Shown one piece after another: positions 16,921-27,597 of a stretch of 64,000 bases of DNA. The notes below the pieces were generated by a model, which did no database searches, had not been told where the DNA came from, and saw only the letters and a program-made list of their open reading frames with translations. The DNA lies in assembly GCA_026125285.1 (NCBI GenBank), contig JAHCLO010000012.1, positions 85,008-149,007 on the forward strand. Direction: 5' to 3'. The position numbers were made by a program, and so were the translations under genes. The stretch's first letter is position 1. Each line of letters starts with the position of its first letter. This stretch comes from Verrucomicrobiia bacterium. Its GTDB lineage: Bacteria; Verrucomicrobiota; Verrucomicrobiia; Limisphaerales; JADLHS01.

Positions 16921-18219
16921 TTATTGCTGGGGCGTTGAAGACAGGCTGGTGTGGGGCTGGAGTAGCGCCTCCAGTTCCACTTGTGCAAGGTTCATTTCGA
17001 GAAGCTTTTGCTGATAAACCAGCCGCGCTTCGGCGCTCATCCGTTGCGTGTCCACCAGGTCAATGAAGTTGAACTTACCCTGCTCAAATCCGGTTTGCAC
17101 CAAATGCAAGGCCTCCGTCGCCTTGGGAAGAATCCGCTCGCGGTAATTGGCCACTTGCTCAACTGCCGTGCGATAGCGCTGCCGGGCATTCGCCCGTTCG
17201 CGCTGCAACTGCTTCTGCACGGCGAGCATTTCCGCCTCCGCGACATTCACGTTCGCTTGCGCCTCCTGCTGTTTGCCCTTGCCGCGATCAAAGATGGGTA
17301 GCGGCAACGAAAAGCCGAGTTGAATGATGGATTCGTCTGTCGCACCGATGCGGCCGCCGGCCACACCCACCTTCACGTCCGGATAAGGCTCCAACCGCGC
17401 CCGGCGACTCTCCAATCGCGCGCGATGCAGATTCGCTTGCGCGGTGTTCAGCATGGGATGAGTTCCCAGGGGCTCTTCGGAGGGGTAGTCCAGCAAGCGC
17501 GGGTCTGGTGTGTCTGCGAGTGCGCCTGTGAGGTCGGCGTTATTCATGTTGGGCCACCCGAGCAGCGTGGCGAGAGCCTGCCGCGCCGTGATTAGTTCGC
17601 GCTCGTAACCCATCAGTTCCGTCCGCGCCTGCTCCAACTGCACCTCCGCCCGTAATTGCTCCTGATACGCCGCCGCCCCCGCTTCCACCCGCTTCTGCGC
17701 CGTCGCAGCGGACGACTCTGCCACCGCCAACAGTTGTCTGGCCACTGCCAGCAGTTGCTTGCATGCCAAAACCCGGTAAAACGACGTCTTCACGTCGCGC
17801 ACCACTTCGATGCGGCGTAAAGTCAGTTCGGTTTCTGAGAGTTCTAGCCCGGCGTTGCCAATCTGTTTGTCGAGCGATTTCTTCGCCGGAAACGGGAGTG
17901 TTTGCGCGATGCCGATCAATTGCTTGGCGTCCGAAAACCCTTGCCCGCCGCTCACCGGCCAGTCTTCGGCACTCCATTCCAATTCTGGATTGCTCCATTG
18001 CTTCGCCTGATAGGCCCGACCCGATGCGGCGTCCATTCGGGCGACCGAAGCACGGAGTTCCGGGTTGCCGGCAAGCGCCCACCGAATGGCGACGTCGAGC
18101 GTGAGCGCATCCGTGCCGGGGACGGAGGTTATACCCTGACACTGTGTCGACACCGGGCTGACAATCAACGTCGCGGCAAGGGCCAGGGGCAAGGCTGTGT
18201 TCAAACATTTCATAATCAA
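16921..18219 (-). CDS. czcC: TolC-family outer membrane efflux protein
   Basis: 432 aa with the duplicated OEP repeat pattern. First gene of the CBA operon on the minus strand. Confidence 0.8.
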   Translation of the reverse strand: MIMKCLNTALPLALAATLIVSPVSTQCQGITSVPGTDALTLDVAIRWALAGNPELRASVARMDAASGRAYQAKQWSNPELEWSAEDWPVSGGQGFSDAKQLIGIAQTLPFPAKKSLDKQIGNAGLELSETELTLRRIEVVRDVKTSFYRVLACKQLLAVARQLLAVAESSAATAQKRVEAGAAAYQEQLRAEVQLEQARTELMGYERELITARQALATLLGWPNMNNADLTGALADTPDPRLLDYPSEEPLGTHPMLNTAQANLHRARLESRRARLEPYPDVKVGVAGGRIGATDESIIQLGFSLPLPIFDRGKGKQQEAQANVNVAEAEMLAVQKQLQRERANARQRYRTAVEQVANYRERILPKATEALHLVQTGFEQGKFNFIDLVDTQRMSAEARLVYQQKLLEMNLAQVELEALLQPHTSLSSTPQQ

Positions 18220-18315
18220 TCAGACGGAAAACCACGGGTTCAAACCGACAGATGAATTACATTCGCGAGGTGCGAGCACACCGCGAACGTCTGAGTAGTG
18301 TCCGCGAAGGGACGA

Positions 18316-18741
18316 TCAGGAAACGACCGCAGGAGCACGGGGCGGGAGCGCCGTGCGGAAAGCAAATTGCCAGACCTTGGAAAGTTCCGGCGGGACAGAA
18401 TCGAGAACCATACGACCGGCCACTGAAGCTTGGGCTGCTTGCAGCGAACTGGCTGTCATAAGCGCGGACGATACCAACTGGGGTGCCGGTACTGCCTGAC
18501 GTCCGTCTTCAGTCTTGTAAAATCCAGACTCGAAGGACGCGCAACTGTCCGTGTCACAACCGCTCTTTTGATGGGCGGCCGTGGCGGTTTCATCCGCGCA
18601 GGCCAGGAACTCAAACCCCGGCAACTGCTCCAGATTGCAGTGAGTCGTTGCCAGTGGCCACACGGCCACCAAGAGCAACGTCAACAAGGTCCGAAGCCAT
18701 TTCACGCCTCTATCTGTAGTCGTCAATCGAGGAATTTTCAA
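18316..18741 (-). CDS. Small secreted Cys-containing hypothetical protein upstream of the efflux operon
   Basis: Signal/TM segment LRTLLTLLLVAVWPLATTHC, then CADETATAAHQKSGCDTDSC. Same orientation as czcCBA. Confidence 0.45.
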   Translation of the reverse strand: MKIPRLTTTDRGVKWLRTLLTLLLVAVWPLATTHCNLEQLPGFEFLACADETATAAHQKSGCDTDSCASFESGFYKTEDGRQAVPAPQLVSSALMTASSLQAAQASVAGRMVLDSVPPELSKVWQFAFRTALPPRAPAVVS

Positions 18742-18921
18742 TGCGAATCTTGCCGATGCTACCGTGCCGAACTGGTGGTTCAGTTCCCGACCTCCGCGGG
18801 GCGTCGTATTGAACTGCGCCCAGGTAAACGCCCCTCGGATCAGATGCTGGCGCGGCGTGCAAACAATCGTTGAATCCCGCTACTTCGATGGCAGAATTGT
18901 TTCAGACGTCGCTTGACGTGT

Positions 18922-19326
18922 ATGATGAAACTAACTGAGAAGCTTGCTGGTCTGGGGCGCGTGCCGGAGGTGACCCGCGGGCGCAGCGCGGTCGCGTTGG
19001 GCGTGGCGATGCTGGCCGACGGCCTGCAAATCTTGCTGGGGCCGCTGGGCTGGACCTTTGCGGACGAAATCATTGATGTGATCGCTTTCGCAGTGATCTG
19101 GCGGGCCATTGGTTTCCACGTCCTGTTGCTGCCCACATTCGTCATTGAGATCATTCCGATTGCCGACATGCTGCCAACTTGGACCGGATGCGTGGTGGCG
19201 GTGCTGGCCCTGCGCAAAGGAACACAGTCTTCCCCGCAGTCCGGCGCGCAAACGCCGCCGCCGGTCATTGACATCGAAGCTACCAAGACCAGCGCCGCCC
19301 AAAACTTCAACCCGCAAGACCCGTGA
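18922..19326 (+). CDS. Small integral membrane protein, unknown function
   Basis: Hydrophobic segments (ALGVAMLADGLQILLGPLGW; DVIAFAVIWRAIGFHVLLLPTFVIEIIPI). ATG at 18922 within ORF 18913..19326. Confidence 0.5.
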   Translation: MMKLTEKLAGLGRVPEVTRGRSAVALGVAMLADGLQILLGPLGWTFADEIIDVIAFAVIWRAIGFHVLLLPTFVIEIIPIADMLPTWTGCVVAVLALRKGTQSSPQSGAQTPPPVIDIEATKTSAAQNFNPQDP

Positions 19327-19401
19327 AACGACGCACCTTCCTGCTGCGATTCGCTGCTTTCCAGCGCTGGCGCATTGGGCAGGTCGGGAGTAGAATGGGG
19401 C

Positions 19402-19581
19402 ATGGAAGTTTCCGGGCCAATTCAGTGTCCGTTCTGCGGGCAGAAGTTCGACATCGTGATTGACACGAGCACGGGGTTTCAGCGGTTCACCACGGATTGC
19501 GAAGTGTGCTGCCGGCCCTTCGAGGTGGTGGCCGAGTGCGAGCCGGGGGAAATTCTGAGCTTGGACGCGCAGGCCGAATAA
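19402..19581 (+). CDS. CPXCG-motif cysteine-rich (zinc-ribbon) protein
   Basis: PIQCPFCGQKF...TTDCEVCCRPF: two Cys pairs with the CPxCG signature. ATG at 19402. Confidence 0.6.
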   Translation: MEVSGPIQCPFCGQKFDIVIDTSTGFQRFTTDCEVCCRPFEVVAECEPGEILSLDAQAE

Positions 19582-19597
19582 GGCAGCCTGCCGCACC

Positions 19598-19900
19598 ATG
19601 CAATACACGGTCTTATTGGTTTACATCGTCCTGCTGCTCGTCGGCGGATTGATCGGCTATTTCAAAGGCAAGAGCGCGGTGTCGCTGGTGATGTCCGCCA
19701 TCTTTGCCGCTGCATTGATTGTGTGCGCCGTGCCGGGCGTGTTGGCGGAATCATTTTCCAAGAACGTCGCAAATGTGCTGATGGCCGCATTGCTGGTGGT
19801 CTTCGGCATCCGGTGGGCCAAGACGAAAAAGTTCATGCCGGCCGGACTCATGCTGGTGCTGACGGTCGTCGCGCTGGCGCTGCGGAATATCAATTTTTGA
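19598..19900 (+). CDS. TMEM14/UPF0136-family small membrane protein
   Basis: 100 aa, four hydrophobic helices, GGLIGYFKGKS motif typical of TMEM14. Confidence 0.6.
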   Translation: MQYTVLLVYIVLLLVGGLIGYFKGKSAVSLVMSAIFAAALIVCAVPGVLAESFSKNVANVLMAALLVVFGIRWAKTKKFMPAGLMLVLTVVALALRNINF

Positions 19901-19941
19901 AGACAACCAGAGTGGCGCAGCAACTCCTCCTGCCATGCCTC

Positions 19942-21084
19942 TCAATGCCCCAGCGCCTGTTGCAGGTGTGGTGTGAAGAGCTTCGGCTCGAGCAGGAACG
20001 CGTCGTGGCCCTTGTCGGAGTGGACCGTGATCCACATCACGGGAACTCGCGCCCGTTTGAGCGCGTGAACCAATTTCGATTGCTCCGCGGGCGGGAAAGA
20101 GAGATCCGAATCCATGCTGAAGACCAGAAACTCCTGGCCGCGGCAGCGTTCGAATAGGACATGGAGATCCGCCGCGCCGCCTTCCGCCACCAGGTCAAAC
20201 CACTGCCACGCGTCGAGGATGCGCAGGTAGGTGTTGGCGTCGAACCGTTTTACGAATTTGTCTCCCTGATGGAGCATGTAGGACTCCACCGGATGATTCA
20301 TTTCATACCAACCGTGCGGGGGTTTGTGGCTGACAATCTCTTCGCGTGCGCGTTCCCGCAACATTTCCAGCGAGACAAACGTCTTGTGCGCAATGCGCCG
20401 CGCCAGCGCGAGGCCCGTGTCGGGTTTGGGGCCGCGATAATAATCGCCGCCTTTGAAATGCGGATCGCCTTCGATGGCCGTCACCTGCTCGAAATTCATG
20501 ATCCGCTGTTGAATCGTCGTTTCCACGCCGGTGCCGATGGGCACGACAATGCGCACGCGTTCCGGATAACGCGTGGCCAGCAATTGACACAGGAAGCCGC
20601 CGGTGGAGGCGCCCACCGCGGCGTGCAATTGCCGGACGCCCAACTCATCGAGCAGGCGCATCTGCGAATCTACAATGTCGCTCATGCGCAGCACTGGAAA
20701 CGCCGGCCCCCAGGGTTTGCGCGTCGCGGGATTGAGGGAGGCCGGCCCGGTGGACCCGTAGCAGCCACCGAGGTAATTCACGCAGATCACGCAAAACAAA
20801 CGCGTGTCCAGCGCCTTGCCCGGCCCGATGAACCCGTCCCACCAGCCTTGATGCACTTCCTCCGTCCAACGCCCGTCCAGGCCGGGCACATCCGAGTTCA
20901 AACCGGCGGCGTGTTGATTGCCTGTCATCGCGTGGAAAAGCAGGATGACGTTCGACTTGTCGGAATTCATCCGCCCGTACATCTCATAGGCGAGCGTGAA
21001 CCGCTCCAATTCCCCGCCCACCCGCAATCGGAGCGGTTGCCGGCGGCTTTTGAACTCGAAGAACTTCGTTTGGACCTTACGCAT
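19942..21084 (-). CDS. metX: Homoserine O-acetyltransferase
   Basis: LAYEMYGRMNSDKSNVILLFHAMTGNQHAAG..., nucleophile elbow AAVGASTGG and alpha/beta hydrolase layout. Located downstream of metY. Confidence 0.9.
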   Translation of the reverse strand: MRKVQTKFFEFKSRRQPLRLRVGGELERFTLAYEMYGRMNSDKSNVILLFHAMTGNQHAAGLNSDVPGLDGRWTEEVHQGWWDGFIGPGKALDTRLFCVICVNYLGGCYGSTGPASLNPATRKPWGPAFPVLRMSDIVDSQMRLLDELGVRQLHAAVGASTGGFLCQLLATRYPERVRIVVPIGTGVETTIQQRIMNFEQVTAIEGDPHFKGGDYYRGPKPDTGLALARRIAHKTFVSLEMLRERAREEIVSHKPPHGWYEMNHPVESYMLHQGDKFVKRFDANTYLRILDAWQWFDLVAEGGAADLHVLFERCRGQEFLVFSMDSDLSFPPAEQSKLVHALKRARVPVMWITVHSDKGHDAFLLEPKLFTPHLQQALGH

Positions 21085-21140
21085 CGTCTGGCTCAGGGCG
21101 TCCCTGCGGCGCTTCCTCGTTTCCCTGTTTGAATTTCAAC

Positions 21141-22427
21141 TCACGCGGAGGCCGTCAATGCCTGCGCGAGGTCGGCCAAAATATCCTCAATATGCTCAAG
21201 ACCAACACTCAGGCGTACAAGGTCGGGTGTGATGCCGGCCTCGCGCTGTTGGTCCTCGTTCAGTTGCGAGTGCGTCGTGGAGGCCGGATGAATGGCCAGC
21301 GACTTCGCATCGCCCACGTTGGCGAGATGCGAGAGTAGCTTGAGCGAATCAATGAATTTGCGTCCGGCTTCGAGACCGCCCTTGATGCCGAACACGACCA
21401 TCGAACCGCCTTTGCCGCGCAGATACTTTTGACTGCGCGCAAACTCCGGATCGTCCGGCAGTCCGGGGAATCGCACCCAGGTGACTTGCGGTTGCTGCTT
21501 GAGCCATTGCGCGACGGCGAGGCCGTTCTGGCAATGTCGTTCCACCCGCAGCGGCAACGTTTCGATGCCTTGGAGAAACATCCACGAATTGTCCGGGGCG
21601 ATGCACGCGCCGAGATTGCGCAGCGGCACGGTTCTCATGCGCAGGATGAACGCCAGCGGGCGTAGCGGCTCGGGCAGATCAATCCCCCAGCGCAAGCCGT
21701 GATAACTGTTGTCCGGTGTCGTGAAGAGGGGATGTTTCCCCGCCGCCCAGTTGAAGCGGCCACTGTCCACCACCACACCGCCAATGCCCGTGCCGTGGCC
21801 CCCAAGCCATTTGGTCAGCGAATGGACCACGATGTCCGCACCGTGGGAGAGAGGCTGCGTGAGATACGGCGTGCTGAAGGTGGAATCCACAATGAGCGGG
21901 ATCCCGTTCTCCTTCGCAATTCTCGCGATGGCCTCCAAGTCGGCAACCTCCAGTGCCGGATTGGAAACCGTCTCGCAGAACAACGCGCGTGTTTTTGCGT
22001 CAATCGCCCTGGCAAAGTTCTGCGGGTCCGTTGAGTCCACTAATTTCACGGTAATGCCGAGCGCGGGCAGGATATCGTTAAACTGCGTGTACGTGCCACC
22101 GTACAGATTGCGCGCGGACACAATGTTATCGCCCGCCTGCGCCACGTTGATGATTGAATAGAACACGCCGCTGGTGCCGGAGGCGACCCCCAGCCCGCCC
22201 ATTTCGGGGGCGCCTTCAAGGAGGGCCACGCGCTTCTCCAGAATATCCGTCGTGGGATTCATAATGCGCGTGTAAACGTTACCCAGTTCGCGCAGCGCGA
22301 AGAGGTTGGCCGCGTGCTCCGTGTTTTTGAACACGTAAGAACTGGTGCGATGAATCGGCACCGCGCGCGATAAAGTGACCGGGTCGGGCTGCGTGCCGCC
22401 GTGCAAACAAAGAGTTTCGAGTTTCAT
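21141..22427 (-). CDS. metY: O-acetylhomoserine aminocarboxypropyltransferase (sulfhydrylase), PLP-dependent
   Basis: [11 protein letters not shown]...[18 protein letters not shown]...[11 protein letters not shown] (PLP lysine motif). Start taken at the internal ATG 22427 (ORF extends to 22466). Confidence 0.9.
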   Translation of the reverse strand: MKLETLCLHGGTQPDPVTLSRAVPIHRTSSYVFKNTEHAANLFALRELGNVYTRIMNPTTDILEKRVALLEGAPEMGGLGVASGTSGVFYSIINVAQAGDNIVSARNLYGGTYTQFNDILPALGITVKLVDSTDPQNFARAIDAKTRALFCETVSNPALEVADLEAIARIAKENGIPLIVDSTFSTPYLTQPLSHGADIVVHSLTKWLGGHGTGIGGVVVDSGRFNWAAGKHPLFTTPDNSYHGLRWGIDLPEPLRPLAFILRMRTVPLRNLGACIAPDNSWMFLQGIETLPLRVERHCQNGLAVAQWLKQQPQVTWVRFPGLPDDPEFARSQKYLRGKGGSMVVFGIKGGLEAGRKFIDSLKLLSHLANVGDAKSLAIHPASTTHSQLNEDQQREAGITPDLVRLSVGLEHIEDILADLAQALTASA

Positions 22428-22606
22428 GGAGGCGCGAGTGTATGTCAGTCCGCCCGCAGGCTGCAACTGTCCATTGCCAGGAGTGATCCTCAGTCACGAA
22501 GAAACCGAACCCGCTTGAGAATGAAACGAAAATTGTGTCGCCATTTCGCGAGATGTGGCCGATGTTTCTTACGACAATGGGGTGTTGGTTGAGTCATAGT
22601 CACCAA

Positions 22607-25600
22607 ATGAAACGAGCGATATCCTCTGGGGCCGCTGTGGTCTTTGCCAGCGTGATGCTCGCGTTGACTGCGCACACTCAAAGTGTCGTGCTTAACGAGA
22701 TCATGGCCGCCAACAGCCGGACGCTGGCGGATGAGGATGGCGACTTTCCCGACTGGTTTGAACTGTACAATGCGGGTGAGGAAGCGGTGAACCTGGCGGG
22801 GTGCGGGATTTCTGACGAGGCTGCAACCCCGTTCAAATGGGTCTTTGGAGCGGTGACGATCATGCCCGGCGAATTCCTAATCGTTTTCGCCTCTGACAAA
22901 GATCGCGCGGGCACGAGCCTCCATACCAACTTCCGGATCAATGCGGCCGGCGAAGATCTGTTCCTGACCGATCCCGGTGGCACGTTGCTGGATTACTTCC
23001 CCGGACGCTTGATGCCACAGGATCATTCGGTGGGTCGCCAGCCGGACGGCACCGGCAACTGGGTTTATTTTAAGTCGCCCACGCCCCGCGCCGCGAATGT
23101 CACGGAGGGTTTCCACGGCTTGGTGGCGGCACCCATCTTCTCCCATATCTCCGGATTCCATCCGGCGCCGTTTCAACTGGCCATTCAATCGCCGGACCCC
23201 GAGACAGTCATCTACTACACGACGGACGGATCGTCGCCCACGCCGCAGCCTTTGCTGGGCAGCACTTACCGGATCAAGAATCTTTATCCCGATGGCGAAT
23301 TGATTACCCGGACCAATTTCTCTCAACTGTATTCCGGGCCGATTGCCATTGAAACCCCGGCGACGACGCCGGAGGACCTTTCACTGATCAACTTGGATGC
23401 GTTCCGCCGCCCCGTTTCCCCGCTCGTTCCCTGGGAGCCTCCTTTCAAGGGGATGGTGATTCGTGCCATTGCGGTTAAACCGGGTTACCTGCCCAGTCCA
23501 ATTGTAAGCGCCACCTATCTGATTCATTCCAATCTCCACGCCCGTTATTCACTGCCGGTGGTTTCGATCATGGCCGACGAGAGCAGCCTGTTCGACTACG
23601 AAACGGGCATTTTTGTCCCGGGCAAACCTTTCAGCGATTGGATGACAGAGAATCCCGAGGCGGAACTTCATTGGCTGGTGCCGGCAAATTATCACATGCG
23701 TGGCCGCGAATGGGAACGGCCGGTGCATTTCGAGTTCTTTGAACCCGACGGCACACTGGCGGTCAGCCAGATCGTGGGTCTGAGAGTTCAGGGCAATTCG
23801 TCCCGGACCCTTCCGCGAAAGCCGTTGCGCGTGTATGCCCGCGACGAATACGGCCCTGAGTGGCTGGAGCACGAATTGTTTACGGGGTTGCGCGCCCACG
23901 GCAAACCCGCGGAGGTCATGGACCGTTTCAAGCGAGTCAACTTGCGCAGCGAGTCGGATCAGGTCTGGTCAACTTACTTTCGAGATGTTTTCGCGCAGCG
24001 ACTGGTGGCTCATCTTGGGTTCGAGGTGCAAACGTATCGCCCGGTGGTACATTTCCTGAACGGAGAATACTGGGGACTGCTTAACATGCAGGAGCCCTAC
24101 GACGAGTATTTTGTCGCGGAACACTACGGCCTGGACCCCGACGAAGTCATCATCTTGGACGGAGGCTGGGGACCGAGTGTGCATGTGGGAGAGCCTTCCG
24201 ACGCGCTGCACTACCGGATGCTTCGCGATTATGCGGCCACCAACGACCTGAGCGTTGGCCTGCATTACGACTACCTGAACACCCAGATGGTGGTCACGAA
24301 TTTCATCAATTATCAGGTGGCGCATATTTATATGAATGCCACGGACTGGGGTGACAACGGGAACAACATCCGGTTTTGGCGAAAACGCACGGCGAACTTC
24401 GAGCCAAACACGCCGACGGGTCATGACGGTCGTTGGCGATGGATGATGTATGACGCGACCGCCACTTTCAGTGCGCCCGAGGCGAATACTCTGGCGCGCT
24501 GTATGGGAACCAACCCGCCGTTGGTCCTGTTTACGCGGCTCCTCGAGAATCGCGAGTTTCGGCATCAAGTGATCAACACCTTTGCGGACCAGATGAATAC
24601 GACGTTTCTGCCGGAGTGGGTCAAACAAGTCAGCACCAACGTTTATGAAGAGTTGCTCCCGGAACTGCCAGAACACAACGCCCGCTGGAATGGCAATATC
24701 AGCCCGATGTCAACAGTGTTTGCCGACGAACGTCCTGGTTACATGCGACAACACCTCGCCGACGTCTTCAACCTCAGCGGCACAGCGAGAGTGACGCTTA
24801 ATGTGGCAGACCCCCGGCAGGGGAAGGTCCAAATCAACTCGCTTCTGCTTGATGAGCACACAATTGGCATTCGCGGAGCGCCTTACCCGTGGTCCGGCAC
24901 CTACTTCAAGGACGTGCCCATCACGATTCGCGCCCTGCCGGCCGCAGGCTATCGTTTTGCGGGTTGGGCTGGACTGGAAGCGAGCGACCCTGAGTTGCTG
25001 GTGACCCTGACCGATGATCTCTCGCTGACCGCGCTATTCGAGCCGGACGCGCACATACTGGGAGACGGCCCTTACGAATTGGCATGCTGGGACGAAGCTG
25101 AACCCGCGGGCACTTATCCGCCCCGCCTGCTCTTCTACCAGACTTCGGTGGCGGATCCGGGGTTGCATGTGGAGATGGATTCCCTGTGGAGGCTGCCCTA
25201 CAACCTGGCGAGTCGCAGCCGGATCAATGGGTTAGGGGCTGATGGATTCGCCTTCATCAATACTTCCAATCCCCAGGACGTGGCCGGCGCGGGCTTCGTG
25301 GGGGCGGCAGTGTTGGCGCTCAACACCCTCGGACAGGATCAAGTGCTGGTAACATGGACGGCGGGAACAGTGGTCCCGAATGCGCGCGTTTATGGCATTC
25401 GCCTCCAATACCGGGTGGGTGCGGAGGGTCCGTTTCTGGATGTGCCCGACGCCCATGGAAATCCGGTTCAATACGTTTCCAGCGAGGTGGCCGGCCACCA
25501 GGAGGTAATCGGGCCGCTGTTGCTGCCGGCTGCGGCGAATCAGCAGCCGCGCGTCGAACTACGTTGGAAGTATTTTTACATCAGCGGCAACAGCGGAGCG

Positions 25601-27211
25601 CGGGCCCAGTTGCGCGTGGGTAACATCCAAGTGACGACGAGTATTCCCGAGGCGCATCAACTCGTTTTCGCGGAGGTGCCCGCGGTGGCTCAGGCGGCAC
25701 ACCCGATGGATCGAGTCGTGGTGCAAGTCCGGTCCGCGGAAGGATTGCTGGTGACAGATTTCGAAGGACCGGTGGAACTCGCGATCGCCGACTACCCTGG
25801 ACAATTGACAGGGAGCACGCTGCAAACGGCAACCGCCGGCGTTGTGTCTTTCGACGACATGGTAATTGAGAAGTACGGTTCCAAGATTCTTACTGCAGCC
25901 GCAGACGGAATGTTGTCGGCGGTCAGCGATCCAATTGAGGTTGTCGGCCTGACGGAAGTGATCATGCCCCGCTATCTCCAAGGTGCGCAGCCCGAGAATC
26001 GGGACCGTGTCCCGTTTGCGTACCGGTTGCGTTTGGACGGCCTGCAAGCCGGCGCCACGTATCGGTATGCCAATCGCGTGGTCACGGCTGAGGATTCCCG
26101 GACTCAGGACGGTGCCGGCAATATGATTTTTGTCAAGACGGGTGGGCAGCCCTTTATTCGCTCCACCGATTCGCCGCGCTTTCGCGCGTCCGACCGCGAT
26201 TCGCGTCACAGCGAATTCGTGACTGACAGTGAGGGGAGTTACGAGGGGTGGTTCATCACTGAGCCTTCGGGAAACGCGAGATTCACGCCGGGGAACACGG
26301 TGTTTATACGGTTGTTGCTGAATGACGGAGATGGCGGCGAGGAAATCCTTCACCTCCTCACGGGAGGCAGCCCGGTGGAGGTATTGACATTCGGTGCCGG
26401 CGAACAGGAAGGCTCGGCGCTGTACGCGGTTTCCTCGGCGACCAGCCAGAACTTTGTTGTGCTCTATGCCGACAGCGAAGGACTTGGTCGCCCAGTGGCC
26501 GCGACCGTGGTGGAAGCCAGTGGCGCCACATTGGATGCTGCTTACGCCACATTTTATGTTTCCGAAGTGGCAGGCAGGTCAGGTCGTTGGGGAACATTGC
26601 TTGCCAACCGGCTGCCCAGCGGCGTGGGCCGGATCGAGGAACGAGATCTTCTGACCGGTGACGTCGTCTCAGTGTTCGAGGATACCGATGGACTCCGGCC
26701 GACAAGGCACTTGGACACGGGTACCACGGCCGTGGGCATTCGCGTGCCGGGACCGGGAGCGAATGCGTATTTGGTTTGGCAGTCCCGGAACTTCTCGCTC
26801 GCTGAATTGGCGGATGAGACGATGGCCGGACCGTTGGCTGATGCCGATGAGGATGGACTCCCTAATCTAATGAAGTGTGCGCTTGGCCTGAACCTTTTTG
26901 AGCCATGTCAGGAATGTATGCCGACGGTGCATCTCGAGGAAAACGAAACCGCTAATTATCTGGTCTTTCGTTACCGTCGGCTGATTCACGATGCTGGACT
27001 TGATTACGTGGTCGAGCAGTCCGCCGATTTGCAGTCGTGGAACGACATCACGAACGACTTGATCGAACGAGAGCCGCCGCAGCCGACTGGCGACGGGATT
27101 ACCATTCTCGTCACTGGATTGCTGCCGGTTGAAAATCCCCCCGCCCAGTGCTTTCTGCGTTTGCGCATCAGCCATGATGCTTCATCTCCGCCCGAACCAG
27201 TATCATATTAG
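22607..27211 (+). CDS. Giant secreted protein: lamin-tail domain, CotH kinase-family domain and a long C-terminal extension
   Basis: Signal peptide MKRAISSGAAVVFASVMLALTAHTQ. LTD: VVLNEIMAANSRTLADEDGDFPDWFELYNAGEEAVNLAG. CotH-like: RVQGNSSRTLPRKPLRVYAR, FLNGEYWGLLNMQE, NNIRFWR. Confidence 0.8.
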   Translation: MKRAISSGAAVVFASVMLALTAHTQSVVLNEIMAANSRTLADEDGDFPDWFELYNAGEEAVNLAGCGISDEAATPFKWVFGAVTIMPGEFLIVFASDKDRAGTSLHTNFRINAAGEDLFLTDPGGTLLDYFPGRLMPQDHSVGRQPDGTGNWVYFKSPTPRAANVTEGFHGLVAAPIFSHISGFHPAPFQLAIQSPDPETVIYYTTDGSSPTPQPLLGSTYRIKNLYPDGELITRTNFSQLYSGPIAIETPATTPEDLSLINLDAFRRPVSPLVPWEPPFKGMVIRAIAVKPGYLPSPIVSATYLIHSNLHARYSLPVVSIMADESSLFDYETGIFVPGKPFSDWMTENPEAELHWLVPANYHMRGREWERPVHFEFFEPDGTLAVSQIVGLRVQGNSSRTLPRKPLRVYARDEYGPEWLEHELFTGLRAHGKPAEVMDRFKRVNLRSESDQVWSTYFRDVFAQRLVAHLGFEVQTYRPVVHFLNGEYWGLLNMQEPYDEYFVAEHYGLDPDEVIILDGGWGPSVHVGEPSDALHYRMLRDYAATNDLSVGLHYDYLNTQMVVTNFINYQVAHIYMNATDWGDNGNNIRFWRKRTANFEPNTPTGHDGRWRWMMYDATATFSAPEANTLARCMGTNPPLVLFTRLLENREFRHQVINTFADQMNTTFLPEWVKQVSTNVYEELLPELPEHNARWNGNISPMSTVFADERPGYMRQHLADVFNLSGTARVTLNVADPRQGKVQINSLLLDEHTIGIRGAPYPWSGTYFKDVPITIRALPAAGYRFAGWAGLEASDPELLVTLTDDLSLTALFEPDAHILGDGPYELACWDEAEPAGTYPPRLLFYQTSVADPGLHVEMDSLWRLPYNLASRSRINGLGADGFAFINTSNPQDVAGAGFVGAAVLALNTLGQDQVLVTWTAGTVVPNARVYGIRLQYRVGAEGPFLDVPDAHGNPVQYVSSEVAGHQEVIGPLLLPAAANQQPRVELRWKYFYISGNSGARAQLRVGNIQVTTSIPEAHQLVFAEVPAVAQAAHPMDRVVVQVRSAEGLLVTDFEGPVELAIADYPGQLTGSTLQTATAGVVSFDDMVIEKYGSKILTAAADGMLSAVSDPIEVVGLTEVIMPRYLQGAQPENRDRVPFAYRLRLDGLQAGATYRYANRVVTAEDSRTQDGAGNMIFVKTGGQPFIRSTDSPRFRASDRDSRHSEFVTDSEGSYEGWFITEPSGNARFTPGNTVFIRLLLNDGDGGEEILHLLTGGSPVEVLTFGAGEQEGSALYAVSSATSQNFVVLYADSEGLGRPVAATVVEASGATLDAAYATFYVSEVAGRSGRWGTLLANRLPSGVGRIEERDLLTGDVVSVFEDTDGLRPTRHLDTGTTAVGIRVPGPGANAYLVWQSRNFSLAELADETMAGPLADADEDGLPNLMKCALGLNLFEPCQECMPTVHLEENETANYLVFRYRRLIHDAGLDYVVEQSADLQSWNDITNDLIEREPPQPTGDGITILVTGLLPVENPPAQCFLRLRISHDASSPPEPVSY

Positions 27212-27238
27212 CACTGCGAGAAACAAGTTGCGCAATCT

Positions 27239-27317
27239 GGCAGGGCGTGTCACTCCGTGCGTGCCGTTGGGGAAGCGACGCGTGAGTTGCGGCGCGCACG
27301 GAGTGCCGCGCCCCACC
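27239..27317. repeat. Inverted pair of the GGCRCGCACGGAGTGMCRCGCCC hairpin repeat
   Basis: 27291-27317 is GGCGCGCACGGAGTGCCGCGCCCCACC. The reverse complement of 27239-27265 is GGCACGCACGGAGTGACACGCCCTGCC. Same family as 3644-3670. Confidence 0.75.
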
Positions 27318-27597
27318 GACCCGAGTACATGTTACCAAGCTTCTGAATCGCCGCAGCGGCCTGTTTCTCAAAAGGCTGGGGACGACCTCGGGGCTGGATT
27401 GCGCGGTGGCGAGGAGGAGTTCAACGATATACCGATGTTGGTCGTTTGGCAGGAGCCATAACACCACGTGAACGATACGGGAGCTTGCCGGTTGAACCAC
27501 GGCGATTCTGCGCAGCGCGGCCAATTCGGCTGGACAAATTCCCCCCAAGCTCTGGATAGTCTCCGGGCACTCGCGCCCGGCCGGGCGCCGTGCGCAC

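Noticed and set aside
22428-22606. SAM riboswitch in the metY leader (minus strand).
   Set aside because: I could not find the SAM-I core elements (the ...AGAGGGA...GCAACC... type) or SAM-II-like pseudoknot motifs by eye. A covariance-model scan (Rfam) would be decisive.
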